Source: Yuukianura sp. NJ FZ-2021 (Eukaryota). Taken from it: 64,000 nucleotides of DNA. The position numbers and the translations under genes are program-made. The stretch's first letter is position 1, and every line of letters starts with the position of its first letter. Shown in pieces: positions 47,901 to 64,000 of the stretch. The notes beneath the pieces were generated by a model, which ran no database searches, had not been told where the DNA came from, and saw only the letters and a list, made by a program, of their open reading frames with translations. The stretch spans positions 4,836,001 to 4,900,000 of the forward strand of contig CM102288.1 of the NCBI GenBank assembly GCA_046563655.1, in the 5' to 3' direction.

Positions 47901-50075
47901 AATCTTGTTGTAATCACTCCCAAATATAGGAAATGAGCATTATGCTACATTAGAGCCCAAGGAATCCTCTCAAGGGCCTTTTGAGAACCTGTGATTCTAA
48001 ACAAACAAATTGGTAGGGCGGAGTTGGTTTCAAGGTGTATGCATGAGCCTGTCAATTCAAGTGTCAACTGAAACGAAGTGAATCCTCCAAGTGCCCCATT
48101 CCAACATCCTTCGTTTTGTCACTTGAGTCCTCTCTTGAGGTATCCACTCAAGGTCAGCCAAACTAATTATTCATTCAATTGTCTCCTGAAATCCAACAAA
48201 CGTTTTTAATCTTCCAAGTTCTTACCAAATCCAAGTAATTATCTGATAGAACATCTTTGAATGTTGAATAGTTTCTGGGCTAATCGGAATTGGCGTGCAG
48301 ATTTGTGCAATGGTCGTTTGATATTGCTCATTTTTTGGGGTTTATAGGTTTCACAGAGGGTGAAAAGATTTCAGGAGCGATTCCCGAAATAAGCTGGGTT
48401 GGTTGGTGGTTGTTTGTGGGATGATTGCAAAGTGTGGTGACATAATGGGGCATTGTTGTGTCCGAACAATGTGCTCTCCATATTTTATGACACACATTAT
48501 CTCAGTGGCAGCTACTGCTTCAGTCTTACATCACGCATCTCATCCATTCCGCTCCGATTGTCACTTCTTCCGAAATGCTGTAGGAATTAAGTGGCAGGGA
48601 TCTCGTAGACGTGTACAGAAAAACCTGTCTTACAGCAACTCACTTCGATACCGTAAATTCTCAGATTATATCGCATCACAATTCACTGCTGTCGGACCAC
48701 CCAAATATTCAGCGCTTCATTTTTGTCTTCTGGAAACGCATGTCTACGACATCCTGAAGAAGATTACTTTAAAGTTAAACTCCTCCAAAATCTTATTACA
48801 GTACAGAAAAACCCCTCTTTTAGCAACTATTTTTCTTCAGCGGAACACCGTAAAACATTAGTTTGCATAGGAAACTCAAATTTAAACACATCAACTATAA
48901 ACGCATTGGGTTTTTCAAGGAATGCAACAAGAGTGTTTACGGTAGGCTTCATTCTCAATTGAAGTCTCTAATTTTAACCAACCAATCAGAATGAGTTGCT
49001 AAATTAGGGAATTTTCTGTAATTCAAACAACATTGGGTTTTCGTTTTACGATATTTCATCGTAAATAGCGTGTTGCTGTAAGATGTGTTTCTATGCACAA
49101 TGGAATCTTAAAGTCGCTAATTAAACGTTGATCCATTTTTACACCTTTCCTCTATCTCAGTCAGCTTCTCGGCACAAACAATTGCCAAACGGATGATCAT
49201 CTTTAAGCCCTTCATCTCCGCACTCCCGCTGCCAAATCCACCGTCATTATCCCACCACTACTGTTGCATAACGCACAAATCCAAGGCAGTGGAATTATCT
49301 TGTCACTTTGTCACTGGTTGGGAACAATATGAAGGTGACAGATTCTGGGAAAGTGAGGATGTTAGGCGTTTGTTTTCGGAGGGTGGGAATGGGGCTTTGA
49401 GAGATGGTGGGAAGATGTGATGGAAGATGATTTTGGAAGTGGAGTAAAGTTTGTTGCCTAATGGTACTTGAGATCAGTGTAATTTATTCATGAAAACAGG
49501 ATTGAATAGCGGAGATGATGGTTTTGCTACCACATCCGAATCAGTACAATGTTGATCCTCCCTATGCTTCTGCATCTGCATACAAAAGCCATCAAGTGGT
49601 CAGAGGGCATTGATTATTACCCACTGTACTTGTCATCATAACTCAAACCAAATATCGGCCTCTTCTCGGATTGGAAATTGCCAATTACCCATTCCCACGT
49701 ACAATGTAACAACTTATAACCAAGGATCTTGTGTGGGATGAGTGACTCGAGTGAGGAAACACGAATGACCAAACATACACACAGGTCTCCTCACTTTCTC
49801 TTCTCAAATTGGACCAATTTGTGCGATTGATTCTGAGATTCATGCTACTGTGTCCACTCTAACCATTAATCGATAAATCCCAAACGTTGATAGATCGTTG
49901 GTCGACATGAGTCAATTAGCAACAGGCTTCCTTAGTTGTGTAACCCATCTTCAACAAAAGACGCACTTTGTCTTACTTGTTTTACACTTTCAAAATTGAT
50001 GTTTTAAAAACTGATTGAACTCAATGTGTTTTGTGGGTTTCAGGTGACCAGGGCTGCTGAAGTGTTCATGATGCG

Positions 50076-52465
<2,390 letters not shown>

Positions 52466-54695
52466 ACTTGCAAAAAAGAAGTTTCATTCAAACAGAGGAA
52501 GACAAACGAGGTTTTGTGTGAGAAGATGTGATGAACAAACTCCTTCCGTCCTTATTACTTTTTAAAAGTTTCTTGGAAAAGTGACCTTATATGGGAAGTT
52601 GCAATTGAAGTTTTTGAAATGACACCTTGTTTCCATCTATTTTTTATAGGAATCCTCTTAGGTTAAGTTGAAATTGAAGTGTAAGGGATTTGATTAGTCA
52701 AAATTTATTCGAAAAGTATATTTGAATCGTAACTTGGCTTTACAAATGAAATGCTTAGGTCTAGTCAACTATATTTTTGTAATCAAATGGAATTGAGATG
52801 GGTGTAGACGAAACAACTTCAGTGCTGCTTTCCTTTATTCCAGTGGAACAAGTACCTTCTAAATACTTCCAAATCTACTATCGACAGAGTTTTTATAGAG
52901 ATTTTAGTAATAAGTTCTATTTTTGGTGATTTCGTAAAACTTAGGTCTCGTGTATCTCTAAACTCGACACGAATAAACTATATGCGTTAAAACAATGTGT
53001 TTTTTTTTAATATATTCAAAACTACCATTGAATTTCTCAAAAACAAAAGAAATCTGTCGAAATGAAATATGAAATATGGAGGGATCTTGGTAGCAAATTA
53101 TTTTAAAAGTTCGCACGTTAAAAAAAGTTTTGCCAATTAAAAACCACACTAACTGTTTTAAATTGGTGGTTTCAACATTTTTTTGTCCGAAATTTAAGAA
53201 AAATATTTCCTCACTTCAAAATTAATCATAGACTTTCAAAATTTCAATTTTTTCGCATTTGGAGATTTCACCTTGGGTTTCATACTGAAAACAACAGATT
53301 TTATTTCTTTGTTTTCGCTAAATAATGAAGCATCTGGTAATGATTTTTTGAATAAATTTGTTCATTCATATTATAATCAATAATTATAATGGCAATAATC
53401 AATGGTGTATTAAACTAAAAGAACAATTGACGGTTCTTATTAGACCAACTTTACACAAACTACTAATTTTGATTGCTCTTTTTTATGCTGCCATTGCATA
53501 CTAAATGAGCTTTATAAATCGGTTGAAACTACGAATTACTTAAAATACTTAAAATATTGCAAGAATTTATTCCAAAATTGCTTGCAATTTTTTTTTCGGA
53601 ATTGCGCGTAATTTTTTTTTTCGGAAATTACTTGCAATTATCTTTTCTCCAAAATTCCTGGCAAAATTGTTTCCTAACATTGCTTCAAAAATTTTCATTT
53701 TCATTAACATTAATTTAACATTAACATTACTTCCAAAATGCGAGAAGTAAAATGAAGTAAAAACGAAAATTCTGGTTGAGTGATGTTCCTACTAAATTTA
53801 TTTACATTTCATGAAATTTTAAAATCAAACTTTATCAATTGACTCAATTGTCAATTAATTTCAAATTTTTAGCAACTTTCCTTTGAATTAATTAGCTTGA
53901 GTAATTTCCCAATATAGAGTCGGCTGTTCCTCGAACCTGTTTCTGAGTTGAATTTTTGTAAATGAATTCAACTGGCTTAATTTTACAGTGGCGATGTTTT
54001 TCGGCATTCTTGCATCGAATTTTACGATCCGGTCTCCCAATCATTTTCCTTTTCAAAGAAATTTTGCCATTAGCCTTGTACTTATATGTTGGCGCTTCAC
54101 GACAATTTATTCGGGCAAAATCTTCATCGTTTTCAACAAATTTGCCATGATCAGCCAATGACAAATACTGAAGCCATAATGGGCTATGAAACAAAAATTT
54201 GCGTTAATAACCATCTGGAATGAATTTTGGACATTAAATTTGATATGCATGATAAATTATAATAATAATTTCAGTTTTATACAGTATATTTACATATAAA
54301 AACAAACATGCACAACCAACTAGATTCCATGTAATTTGGCCAAAACAGTTTGGCCAAAAGTGATTATGGTCAGATGTGAAAACGCCAGAAGTGAATAGGC
54401 CAAAATGTAAAAACGCCAAATAGGAAATAAAAGTAAATGAGCAAAAGGTAAAAACGCTAAAACTTCAGACTTATATTGTTCCAATCTTAGATTACAATTT
54501 TCATTGCAAATAAATGCAAGTACTTGTTTCCTCAACACGACACTTGTTTTGGTCGAGGAAAATAAACAAAATAACCAGGTCGGACGAGTCAAAAACGTGG
54601 ACTACAACTCTCCTTGACTGAGAAATGAACAGTTTTTCGAATTAAAGCCTTACATACCAAATAAATCGTACAAGGCAGACAACAACCTTAGAAAA

Positions 54696-55870
54696 ATGTT
54701 CATAAAACAGAACTTACAACCCAAGATAGACCCGAAGCCACGCGGAGGTAATGGTGCTATGGTGGCGATGGACGTAGAGGAGCGAGACGAAGAGACTTGC
54801 TGGAAGAAGTGTCCGAAGGTTCGCTACAGAAGTGGTGACAGACGTCGCTGTGACTGGAGAGCCGTTTGCCAGAGTTTGGGTGGCTGCTTCTGCTGCTACT
54901 TCGACTGCTGTCCCATCAGAGCTTTCCTGCTCGCCATTGCATCTGCAAGGATAGTAAGTGTTGAGTAATCTAAAGCGATGAAATGATCTAATTACTTTAA
55001 TTTGTGCAGTTCCAGTACCTGTGTCTCTACATCTGGCACACCCACAGAATCCAGGAATTTTACGTCCTGTACTACACTACCAACTATCTCCAAGTCGGAC
55101 ATAAAAATCCAATCCCAAAATCCCGGATCATCTTTGAATGTAACTTTCAAACAAAACAAAACAAAAGTTTTTACAAAACGTTTCTGCATTGTTGGTTTCA
55201 GTTTGTTGGCACTCGGTCGAAATGGGAATGTGTCTCATCCAAATGTGTCTCCATACTCGGCTTTTCACTGGAGCCCTTCTGGTTAAAATACTTCGCCTAA
55301 AATTAGAAAACAAAAAGTTTAGGAATTTAGAAAAAGTCTCATCTTTAAATATTATGCCAGGTTTTCCCGCAAATGGGATGGATTTGGTTCCACTGGTGCT
55401 GGGCAGTATCTTTCTGCTCTGCTATCATGTCATGCCTCGTCCTTTGGTTCTTCCCGGTGAACTACCACGTCCAATCAGGCTGGAACATCGTTCTGTCAAC
55501 GGCTGTCGTCCTCTACGAAATGTGGTTGTGGGCCTTCTACTCCAAACAGATCAGAACGCATGGAGACACTTACAAAGGAATCCATGCCTTTGTTCCAGAA
55601 GTTCAGATGGCAAAGAGTTCCCTCAATCCCCGGATTTTTGCGGAAGTGAAACAAAAAGTGCCGTTTGACGTGTATCATGGCTGGAACGACAACTCTTACT
55701 CATTAGCACAGGAATTCATATTGGCCAACAATCGTTATACCTCGTCCCAACATCCTCGTACAACATACACGAAGCTGCAACTGAGCAAGCGGATGACGGG
55801 ACTCACAAATCAAGAATTGGACGACGCCGTTGAAGACTACTATAATCCCAAAAAACCTACGAAGAAGTAA
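54696..55870 (+). CDS. Probable four-pass membrane protein with Cys-rich N-terminus (LAPTM/DUF4728-like topology), 4 exons
   Basis: Exons 54696-54953, 55010-55139, 55202-55281 and 55361-55870 join in frame. GCFCCYFDCC precedes TM1; four hydrophobic segments; charged C-terminal tail. Start may be 54759. Confidence 0.65.
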
Positions 55871-55990
55871 ACTTCAAAGTTTTCAAAAAGAATTATTACA
55901 CATTTACTTCTAATAAAAATGAATTTAAAATATTAGTACGATAAGAACTCACTAAATGACGAAGAAGAGCGAGGAATTGGTAAACTAAAG

Positions 55991-57101
55991 TTAGTTGTAG
56001 AAGGGATTGTAGGTGACCCAGTGGGCCCTCTGTTGAGTACTTGCTGTCTCACTACTGGTGAAGAGGGATTTGTAGGTGGAACTGACGTTCGGATCCTTGG
56101 CGACGCTATACTTTCCGGAAATTTTTGATAACTTGGCATCCTTTACCTCCAAATTGTCAATTTTCGCTGGACGTTTTCCAGCAGACTCTTGTCTTTTTGA
56201 AGGCAGCTTCGAGTCGTCCTTCTTATGGATCCCTTCGAGCAAAGGAGTTGGAGTCGAACTGGAGCATGATGCGATCGCGCCAGTCTCCGTGCAGGTTTTC
56301 GCAGATTTCTTTGTCTTCTTGCTATCCTTGGCCTTTGACCTTCGTATTTCCATTTTGGCACGCGTTGCCTCAATCTCTTCCTCTTCAACCGGATTCAACA
56401 CTACCACATCTGCCGCAGTAAATGGTTTCTGACATCTACAGAGACAACTCAAATTAAACAGTGAACACAAGAATAATATCGTAAATAAACTCACTTGAGA
56501 CATTCATTGGATGTAATTTCCTTCTGGGCCTTTTCGCTAAATACACATCCACATGTCCAGAGAAAAACAAATCGGAAGATTCCGTTCATTTCTTGTCCGG
56601 AAATGGGGCAGATCCATTGAGCCTTGTTGTTATCGTTGTAACTGTCTCCCTTCTGAGAAGCTTCGGTCCAGGCAGCATTCTCGGTGAGGTTTAGAGTCTT
56701 GACATCCCGTAGAGACTTGATGTGTGAAACGGTGACAAGTGATTCCTCGGTCTTGTTCAACAGGGTTTCAATGACAGCATCCTTGTTGTAAATACGCCCT
56801 AGTTCACATGCAACTACTGGCTGCTGCAACGGGGCTTGCGAAATGGCACAATGCTGCCATCGAAAGTTGGCCTCCGCCGCCTTGTCTTTCTATAAAAATC
56901 AAGCAACCCATTTAACATATTGTAATACCAATTAGCATTTTGCTACAGTTATTCACATATAGATATCTAGATTTGTTTGGAAATCGACGGAAACAGCTGA
57001 TGCAAGTATCCGACGATGAAAACGATTCATACCTGTTCCGGTTTCTTCTTCGTCTTGACGAGCTCATCTCTCTTTGGAATTGTTCCTCCATCGCATCCCA
57101 T
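55991..57101 (-). CDS. RTF2: Replication termination factor 2 (RTF2/C20orf43), 3 exons
   Basis: MGCDGGTIPKRDELVK; ACELGRIYNKDAVIE; ICPISGQEMNG...WTCGCVFSEKA; YSVAKDP...YKSLFT...AHWVTYNP. Confidence 0.96.
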
Positions 57102-57322
57102 GTCGACGTCGAGAGTTAATCGAATTGATGAATTATCTGAGTTGAAGTTTTAATCAATTAACAATTGTTCTCACTCAAATTGGTAAACAAAAATTAATAA
57201 AATTAATGAAGAAACCCACTTCTCCAATTTACAATGTAAGAATGATAAAACAAAACGAAGAGCCTAGATGAAAAGATGAAATACAGAATGAATGACAGAG
57301 AAAGTTCTGTAAAGTTCTCGGC

Positions 57323-57541
57323 TGAAGTCAACTTTAACGTAAACCATCGTCACCACACAACAAATGTCGCCGTATTGTGTGGTTACAATATGTGGCCACG
57401 CTGGAAAGCTAGCAACTACATTGTAGCGATAATTTAAACTCTATTAATAGAATAAAACTGATAACCTATAGCCTCAACAGTAGTTGCCACCATGCTGCCA
57501 ACCACCCTTAACGCTAAATCTGGTTGGCAAAGTTTACTTCA
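57323..57541. mobile_element. Degenerate MITE, possibly related to 42519-42760, upstream of RTF2
   Basis: Inverted ends TGAAGTCAACTTT / AAAGTTTACTTCA. Internal ATTGTGTGGTTACAAT, CATTGTAGC and AGTTGCCAC resemble the 42.5-kb element; similar length. Confidence 0.5.
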
Positions 57542-59161
57542 ACCACGGTTGCAATTGAACAGCTACTTTTTGCGTAATTGTATTTTGTATTGGCAATTCA
57601 ACGACAAAATACGTTTGGAACAGAGGGGTGTCTAATCCAACGAATTCTGTTGATCCGTGTCAAGCGTCCCTTTTCTAGAAAAAGATAGTCCACGCTTCTA
57701 GAATGTTAGAAATCATCTTAAATAGTAATTGTCCATTATATTTAAATATGTTTGAACTGAAAAATATGAACTCGCACTAAGAAAAAGTATAATACTATTC
57801 CCTCCATGTTTTTAAAAATAATATTCCAGCGATGACATAAATTTCCTCAAATTGTTGCAATGTCCTGTCTAGAATGTCGTGGTTTGATCGTTTAGAAAAG
57901 TGATGGAGTCAGATACACTAAATTGAATTAAGGAAAAAGTTAAACGGACCGAAAATTATGCCGCGTTTGCCCGATTTTATTGCATTGTGAAAGTCACACT
58001 TTCTTTCCCTTGGCTCCCAGCCATTCCGCCTTCAAAATCGTCTTGCTCCGGAAAGACGTTTTCGATGTTCCTTTTCCTAATATTTTGTTCTGAATTTGAC
58101 ATGAGCCTTTTTGTATAGTCGTATGAAACTTGTCAAGCGAATCGTAGTCGGTAGTTGACAATGTCGGGTGGCAGGCGACGACGAGTGAAAGGACTATTTT
58201 CAATAACCACGTTGGGAAGAAGATGAAGGTGAGGAGCCTTTTGGAGTCTGGGGATGCTAGAAAAATGATTTATTCAGACCTGCACTCTGCTCCTTTTGAT
58301 TGATTGATTTTCAATTTCAGCAGGTGAATATTTTTTTTTAGTATGTTGAGTCGACTAGCTCCTTCGAGACATGGCATGCTGGATGCTGGATGCTGGCGGC
58401 AGGTGAAGAGCGGCTATCATGAATTCCATTTGATCCTCATCTGCCACCACTCAGAGGCGGTGAGGCGAATGGAGTCTTTGTCCTTGTGCTTTCTCCGTGA
58501 AGCCAACCCGTCCATTGTGGAATCCAACTTTCACTTGTTCCTCTGGGACGTTTAGGTTATGCTACGTTAGGTTAGCCTAACATTTTCCTTAGTCAGGAGA
58601 TGAGGAACCACAAAAGAAACACAGTCGGAGCCTAACGACACGCAAACAACCAACCCTCTTCACCTTCACCCTGCCTTTTTATACTGAAGCACGACAACCC
58701 CAAGTCATTGACATTTGACAACGACCATTTTCCAAGGCAAATTAACTTTTACTTTATTTAGTTCCCAACCAATACTTTTTGCCTGTCTAAACTTCAGTTT
58801 CACAGTACAAAAGAGCCTGTAAGCTTCTAAGTCCATCAATTCATAATGTGACGAGCACCGGAGATTTTTAGAAAGTGGCTCGCTTTCCAAATTGGATAGA
58901 GAAATGGATTGTCCATTACGATAAACCGAAAAAGTTCGTCTGAATTTTCACCCCGTTGAGTTTGCACAGGACAATTTGCATGACATTGGAGACTCCACAA
59001 GCCTTCTTTGTCTTTTCCGGTTCACTTTCTCCGTCCATCTTGTGCCAGATTTGAGTTTTCTTAAAATTATGAAAGAAGAGCATAGGAAGAGGCTTATTTG
59101 CATCATTAGCATAAAATAGAAGAGGCCATTTCCCTTTGCAGCTCCATTAGCCACTGCCATC

Positions 59162-62100
59162 TCAAACCTCATGTTCGCTTTTGACGCCATTTTTGGTGGG
59201 AGTGGGCGCCGAGCGTGGCTTCATTTCAAAAGCACCGCTTTCCTGAGTGTCGACGACAGTAGGAGGAGTGGAGGACAGGTCAGGAACTAGTCTGTTTCTG
59301 GACACACCCTCGTGATGACCTTTGACCCCGTCAGGAGGAGCCAGTTTGTGTGGGGTGGGGGAGAATCTGGCTCCGTTGACATTCGGAGTGGAATTGGTGA
59401 GTGAGTTTTTGTCGCCACAAGGGGAGATCTGTCGCTTGTCCTTCTCAGGCGCTCCCTGCGTGGAGGAAAAGGAGAGGCGGTTGATGTTGCAGCAGACTTC
59501 GGGAGACGCTGGAACTGAACTGTAGCACTGTGTGGACACAACGGAGCGACCAAGCATCGACCCACCACGACTATTGCGAGACTGGAGTCTCGTGGATGAG
59601 TTGAGCCGTCCACCACATCTTCTGAAGGTATTGTGCTGCTCTGACCATCGGGTGTACGTACGACGGAGGAGAAATGTCACCTAGAAACCATTCAAAAGTG
59701 TTTCATTTCGGAATTATTCAAAATGTAAAAAAAATCGTAAAAAAAGCTCTAACAGTTGGTTCACAACATAAAGAAAAATCACGCTTTGGTTCTCACAAGT
59801 GAGTACTTGTGATCATAGTGACTATTATTTGAAGATTTACGGTATTGAAAAGTGAAAGGAATGTGAAAGTGAATGAAGATGAGGAAGTGGAGAAGGTGCT
59901 TCCAAGAAGTGGTTTGGATAGATGATGATTTGCATCCTGTGAATTGGGATTTAGGAGGAATAATGAGCCTTTTGTTGGGAGTGGGTGAAAGTGATGAAGT
60001 TGGGAGCATAAGAGAAAGTTCAGATGAAACAACATTCAAATCCTCTTCAAATATTTGGAAATGATGACTTTCATTTGAATCCTGTAAGAATAAGTTCTAC
60101 CTCTCCGTTGAGGTAGCAGAAGATGAGAGCCACGAGGAACCCCTGAACTCCGTCCAGAATGTCGTTCGTATAAAAGTAAATTTCCAGCCACTGGCAGGTC
60201 CCTGATGAACCGGACGCGGGAGGGCGGTAGATTGTAACCACAAAATGAAGACCAAACAGCGGCAGCAAAACTAGCGTTGCTCTCACCGCCTTTCTGCGAA
60301 CAAAAACAATAATTATCACAACACTGAAACAAAAATTTAGCGAAACAAATGAAATAACTTTCCAATTTCCAGAAAAACTAAAATAAAATAAGAAATTCTA
60401 CTTATTCCGTAAAACTCAAAAGCTTTACAGTTTAAACTAACTGATCTTATACACAATTATTCTGATCTTCTACAAAATCTGTTTAATCGGATAGGACTTT
60501 GGATGAGCCAAACAAAGTAAAAGTTTTAAGTGGATGCAAACGCTGTCTTTCTAAAACATTCCAAGCCGGATCTTTTTCTTCTCTTAGAAATAAGGTTAGG
60601 CTTAACCTTAATTTTGTAGATGCATTTTCTATGTTTAAATCCATCGGATGCAGGAAGACCAACGTTGAATTGAATGTATTTGAACCTGGGAAAGTGCTGA
60701 GGCAGGAGAGAGGGAGAGTTATGATTGAAAGGATTGAGAAAGTCTTTGATAAAAACAGAGAAAGAGAGAGCAATCGCTGGGATGAGGACGTGGAAGCGAT
60801 TGGAAAGACGGATTGGTGGATGAAAGGGAACAAAATGAAAAGATGTCAATGGAGGAGCTTATGACATTCCATAGCACTCATCTTTCAATTCCACTTTATC
60901 AGAAAACATTCCAACTAACGACCTGAGTTCAAAGCGACTTTCTCTGAGTTCCAAAACAGCACAATTACTTTCTTCCCATTACCTGTACTGACTTGGCTCG
61001 TTGGCATGGGCTGCTCTTAGCTTAGTCACTAGAACTCGAATGATGTTGATCAGAAACAACATGTTGATCTAAGAAAAAAACAGCATCCAGAAATATTTCT
61101 CCAACATTTGGAACTAAATTTTATGATTAATTTATTAATTTGTTTGATTTCTGATTTACCAGGAGACTCATGAGACTAGGGCCATTCAGGATCCACTCGA
61201 AGGCTTCTTCCGGAACGACCCAGCATCGTTCATTTGAGTAGGCCAGACGGAGTGAAGCGTAAATCACAGTTGGTAGGATGGGAAAAACTGTAAATGAAAA
61301 TGAAACCGTAAAAAATTAACAAGATGAACATAAGCCTTCTAAAACTACCGTAGTTTTAGAAGTTTAGATTCAAATGATGAGTTATACCCCATCCCATCAG
61401 GTAGAAAACGAGAAGTGACTTTTGTTCAGCAAAGGCCGAAGCAATTAGTTTGTGGAGGTAATAGCCTTCACAGAACATCCACATGTAGTTCGTCATGCGC
61501 GAGTACTTTGTCAGGATGAACAGCAGTCGACAGCCTACTCCGTTCTGCAACAGAACGCAATTTCAAAGGTCAACATTTCCAAATACAGTCAACTTTACTA
61601 TTAAAACGCTTTCTCCCCAAAATAGAAATTTTTCATTCCAAAACACAAATGCTTTCCAATTTTTTCGAAAAAAAAATTTCTCCTCTGGAATACTGTGTAA
61701 TTGCTTTCTCCGTTTTTGACAGTACAAATAGTCCATAACCTTCAGCTATTTGCTCACTTTTGGCATAGAAAAAGTCATTTGGATGTGGGTTCTTTGACAA
61801 AAGATGAGATCCTAGGAATTCCTAGGAAAAAAAGTTACTAGAACTTTTTGTTTTGTAGAAAATCACAAACAATCTAGCCTACAAATCAAACATCCGCAAG
61901 CCCCTCCATGCCCCACTTTAACCTAACATAGCCTAACATCAGTAGTCTAATCTCACTTTACATTTTAGGAAGACATTCGGAGGACCCTGATGTTTATCCA
62001 TTGTTTTGTCTCCTCTTTTCATGATTTCAATTGCAAAACTTTAGCTACAGATGTATTCAAATTTAAAATTCATCTCCGTCTTCTTTATTAAGCCGAAAAA

Positions 62101-63627
62101 CTAAAAACCGGAAAAGGAAAAGCTAAGTTTTTCATTTTTCTTTGCAAGAAATTTGCAAGATTGAAAGAGAAATTTCGTTAGAAGAGGAAGTTCATTTTGT
62201 TTTGGGATCGGCTCGTGGAGCAGTGAATGGTTCGTTAGATCTGTTACACCGCTGAATCTTTAGCAAAAATAAAGTTTCTACAATGTTAGTCAAGGTTACT
62301 TTTAGAAAAAAAAATTCGAGTAAAAAAGAGAAAGTTTTTGTTGACTGTCAAAAGTGCATTTGCCTTTCAGCACTACGGAGGTGGAAAAGAAAGTCAAGAG
62401 AAAAAAGAAAGTTCTTCCTTCTTAAACATGAATTAGATTCCTCATTTAAAACGACTCCGAAACAGACGCCTCCAAGGTTTTCTTTTCTCATTTTTTTTTA
62501 AAAAGTGAAAAGTTTTTTAAAAGTTGAAAATTTGCTTTCACTTACTTCGCTGATGATGGTGGTTGACGAAGGGTCTGAAGACAGTTCGTTGAGAATTATA
62601 ATTGTCTTGAAGGCGATGACGAAGATTCCGTTGAGTAACATTGACGAAAACAAGTTCTCATGCAGAATTATTCTGTCCACGCGCAATTGTCTGAAAAACG
62701 TCAATTTAGTTTAATTTAGTTAAAATTTCAATTAAAGTCTAAAATAATTACTTGTATGAGAAGAAGATGATGAGAGCAGGGATGATTGCAATGATAGAGA
62801 CTGCATAGGCCGTCACATGAACATAAGTTCTGCGTTTCTGAACTTCGATTACTGACGATGCGCAGTTGCTATAATTTGTCCATTCTGCGTGTTTTGCAAG
62901 ACTCCCAGGTTTTGAAAACCAATGACCTGTGACCTCGCAAGTCTTTTCAGCTGTCACTTAGGTTAGAAAAAAAACAAAGAATTGGTAAATTACTTTTCAT
63001 GAGTTTTCATCAGATTTCTGTGGGTTCAGAATTTAAAAGTGAAAGTGGAGTGACGAAAGCCTGAGTGTCAGTTACAGCCTACTAGGATTGAGTAGTTGAA
63101 TAAATTGGTTTATTTCCATGTAGAGTTGTATTAACTTTGGTGGTGAAAGTTGAGTGAAGGGTTGCGTGCATGTCGTTGATTGTGGATTCAGGAGAAACTG
63201 GAAACTTTTGAATTTTTTGTCACATAAATTATGATTCAACCATCTCTCCCTCCCCTTTGTTCCATCCACCCCAAATACAAAACACCACAATTCAATCCAT
63301 ACAACCTCAAAAAATCTATGAACAGAATAAGCAAGTGAAAATGGAAGTTTCACATGCAGACTCCCTGGAGGAGATGAGACCTTGGAAGTAATAATGATAT
63401 ATTGATTCTCGCACAACCAAAACACTTTCACTTTTAAACTCCCATCTTCCCGTTTCCAACAAAGGAAAAACTTCTTTTCACTTTTGATATTTACTTACGG
63501 CTGCAAGACGACGTTTCTGATAGAACTGAGTAGATGTAGTGAGGACATGGAGCGTGGACTTTCTTCCCTGCTTCTGTCTCGTTCCAACACTGCCATCCAT
63601 CCCAGGTAGCTGGACAACTTTTCACTC
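59162..63627 (-). CDS. Class B (secretin-family) GPCR, calcitonin/DH31-receptor or hector-like; 5' end lies beyond the window (8 exons seen)
   Basis: Hormone-binding motif CPATWDGWQCW and WTNYSNC. RIILHENLF (TM2), NYMWMFCEGYYLH (TM3), GW...P (TM4), INMLFLINIIRVLVTKLR (TM5), RKAVRATLVLLPLFGLHF (TM6), QGFLVALIFCYLNGEV (TM7). S/T-rich tail. Confidence 0.92.
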
Positions 63628-64000
63628 CTGGAGAAAATACATACAAGTTTAGGTAAAAATCACATTTACTAATGAAAAATTACATGAGTCTGTGTCTCCA
63701 TGTGTGAGTTACTTGATAAGTTTCATTTCCTCTTGAGTTTTGTAAAATGGTAATGAATTCAAGTTGTAGCTTTCAGGAGAAGTGACATAAACATGAAATT
63801 GAATACTTGAAGTGATGTTTAACATCACGCTTCACTTTTTATTAAAAAATACCAGAACCAGCGCAGCGTTACGTTTCTGTGCTTCCTCAAAAAATATTTC
63901 AAAATGCACGGACCCGTATCGCTTAACGTAGTATAACCAAAAATTAGCATAGAATTTATCTAGGCCATAGGTTATTTTCTGCTTCTAAAACCTAGATTAG

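Noticed and set aside
45575..48962. ORFs of 60-178 aa in the non-coding tract (e.g. 45575-46111, 48403-48861)
   Set aside because: No motifs, mostly non-ATG starts and no coherent exon chain.
36689..49699. Four Su(H)-type YGTGRGAA sites upstream of the hamlet-like gene (36689, 38919, 44285, 49692)
   Set aside because: Biologically tempting, but unclustered and close to chance expectation over 14 kb.
53960..54470. Loosely periodic GGCCAAAA/CGCCAAA motifs
   Set aside because: Probably a decayed foldback element, but arms and ends cannot be fixed.
60483..60864. Overlapping 107-121-aa ORFs inside a GPCR intron
   Set aside because: Purine-skewed low-complexity sequence with no domain features; no evidence of a nested gene.

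Overview
Gene-dense, AT-rich eukaryotic (arthropod) genomic DNA with short, mostly 55-110 nt spliceosomal introns. The gene complement suggests a springtail (Collembola), which is an inference only. I reconstruct about 16 protein-coding genes. In order: a signal-peptide-bearing SEC14/CRAL-TRIO protein, an intronless calmodulin-like protein, an FMRFamide-receptor-like GPCR, two tandem secreted WAP/crustin-like genes with a decayed third copy, a secreted coiled-coil protein, a 96-aa Cys-rich orphan, a PDIA4/ERp72-type disulfide isomerase, a FERM-PDZ-PTP (Ptpmeg/PTPN3/4), a HEAT-repeat protein, a DUF1647-like type II membrane protein, a disordered PAM2+RGG protein, a short hamlet/EVI1-type zinc-finger factor behind a ~14 kb non-coding tract, a four-pass membrane protein, RTF2, and the 3' part of a calcitonin/DH31-receptor-like class B GPCR. 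Non-coding items include a hAT-type MITE with a perfect 8-bp TSD and several foldback elements. Three observations stand out. First, perfect AGGTCA-n-TGACCT (IR1) palindromes bracket the Cys-rich orphan, with further perfect IR1/DR1 sites just inside intron donors. Second, two ~400 nt introns in the divergent PDI and PTP genes are homologous almost end to end. Third, the PAM2/RGG orphan has no recognisable folded domain. No rRNA, tRNA, CRISPR or autonomous transposase was recognised. All gene models are manual and lack transcript support.
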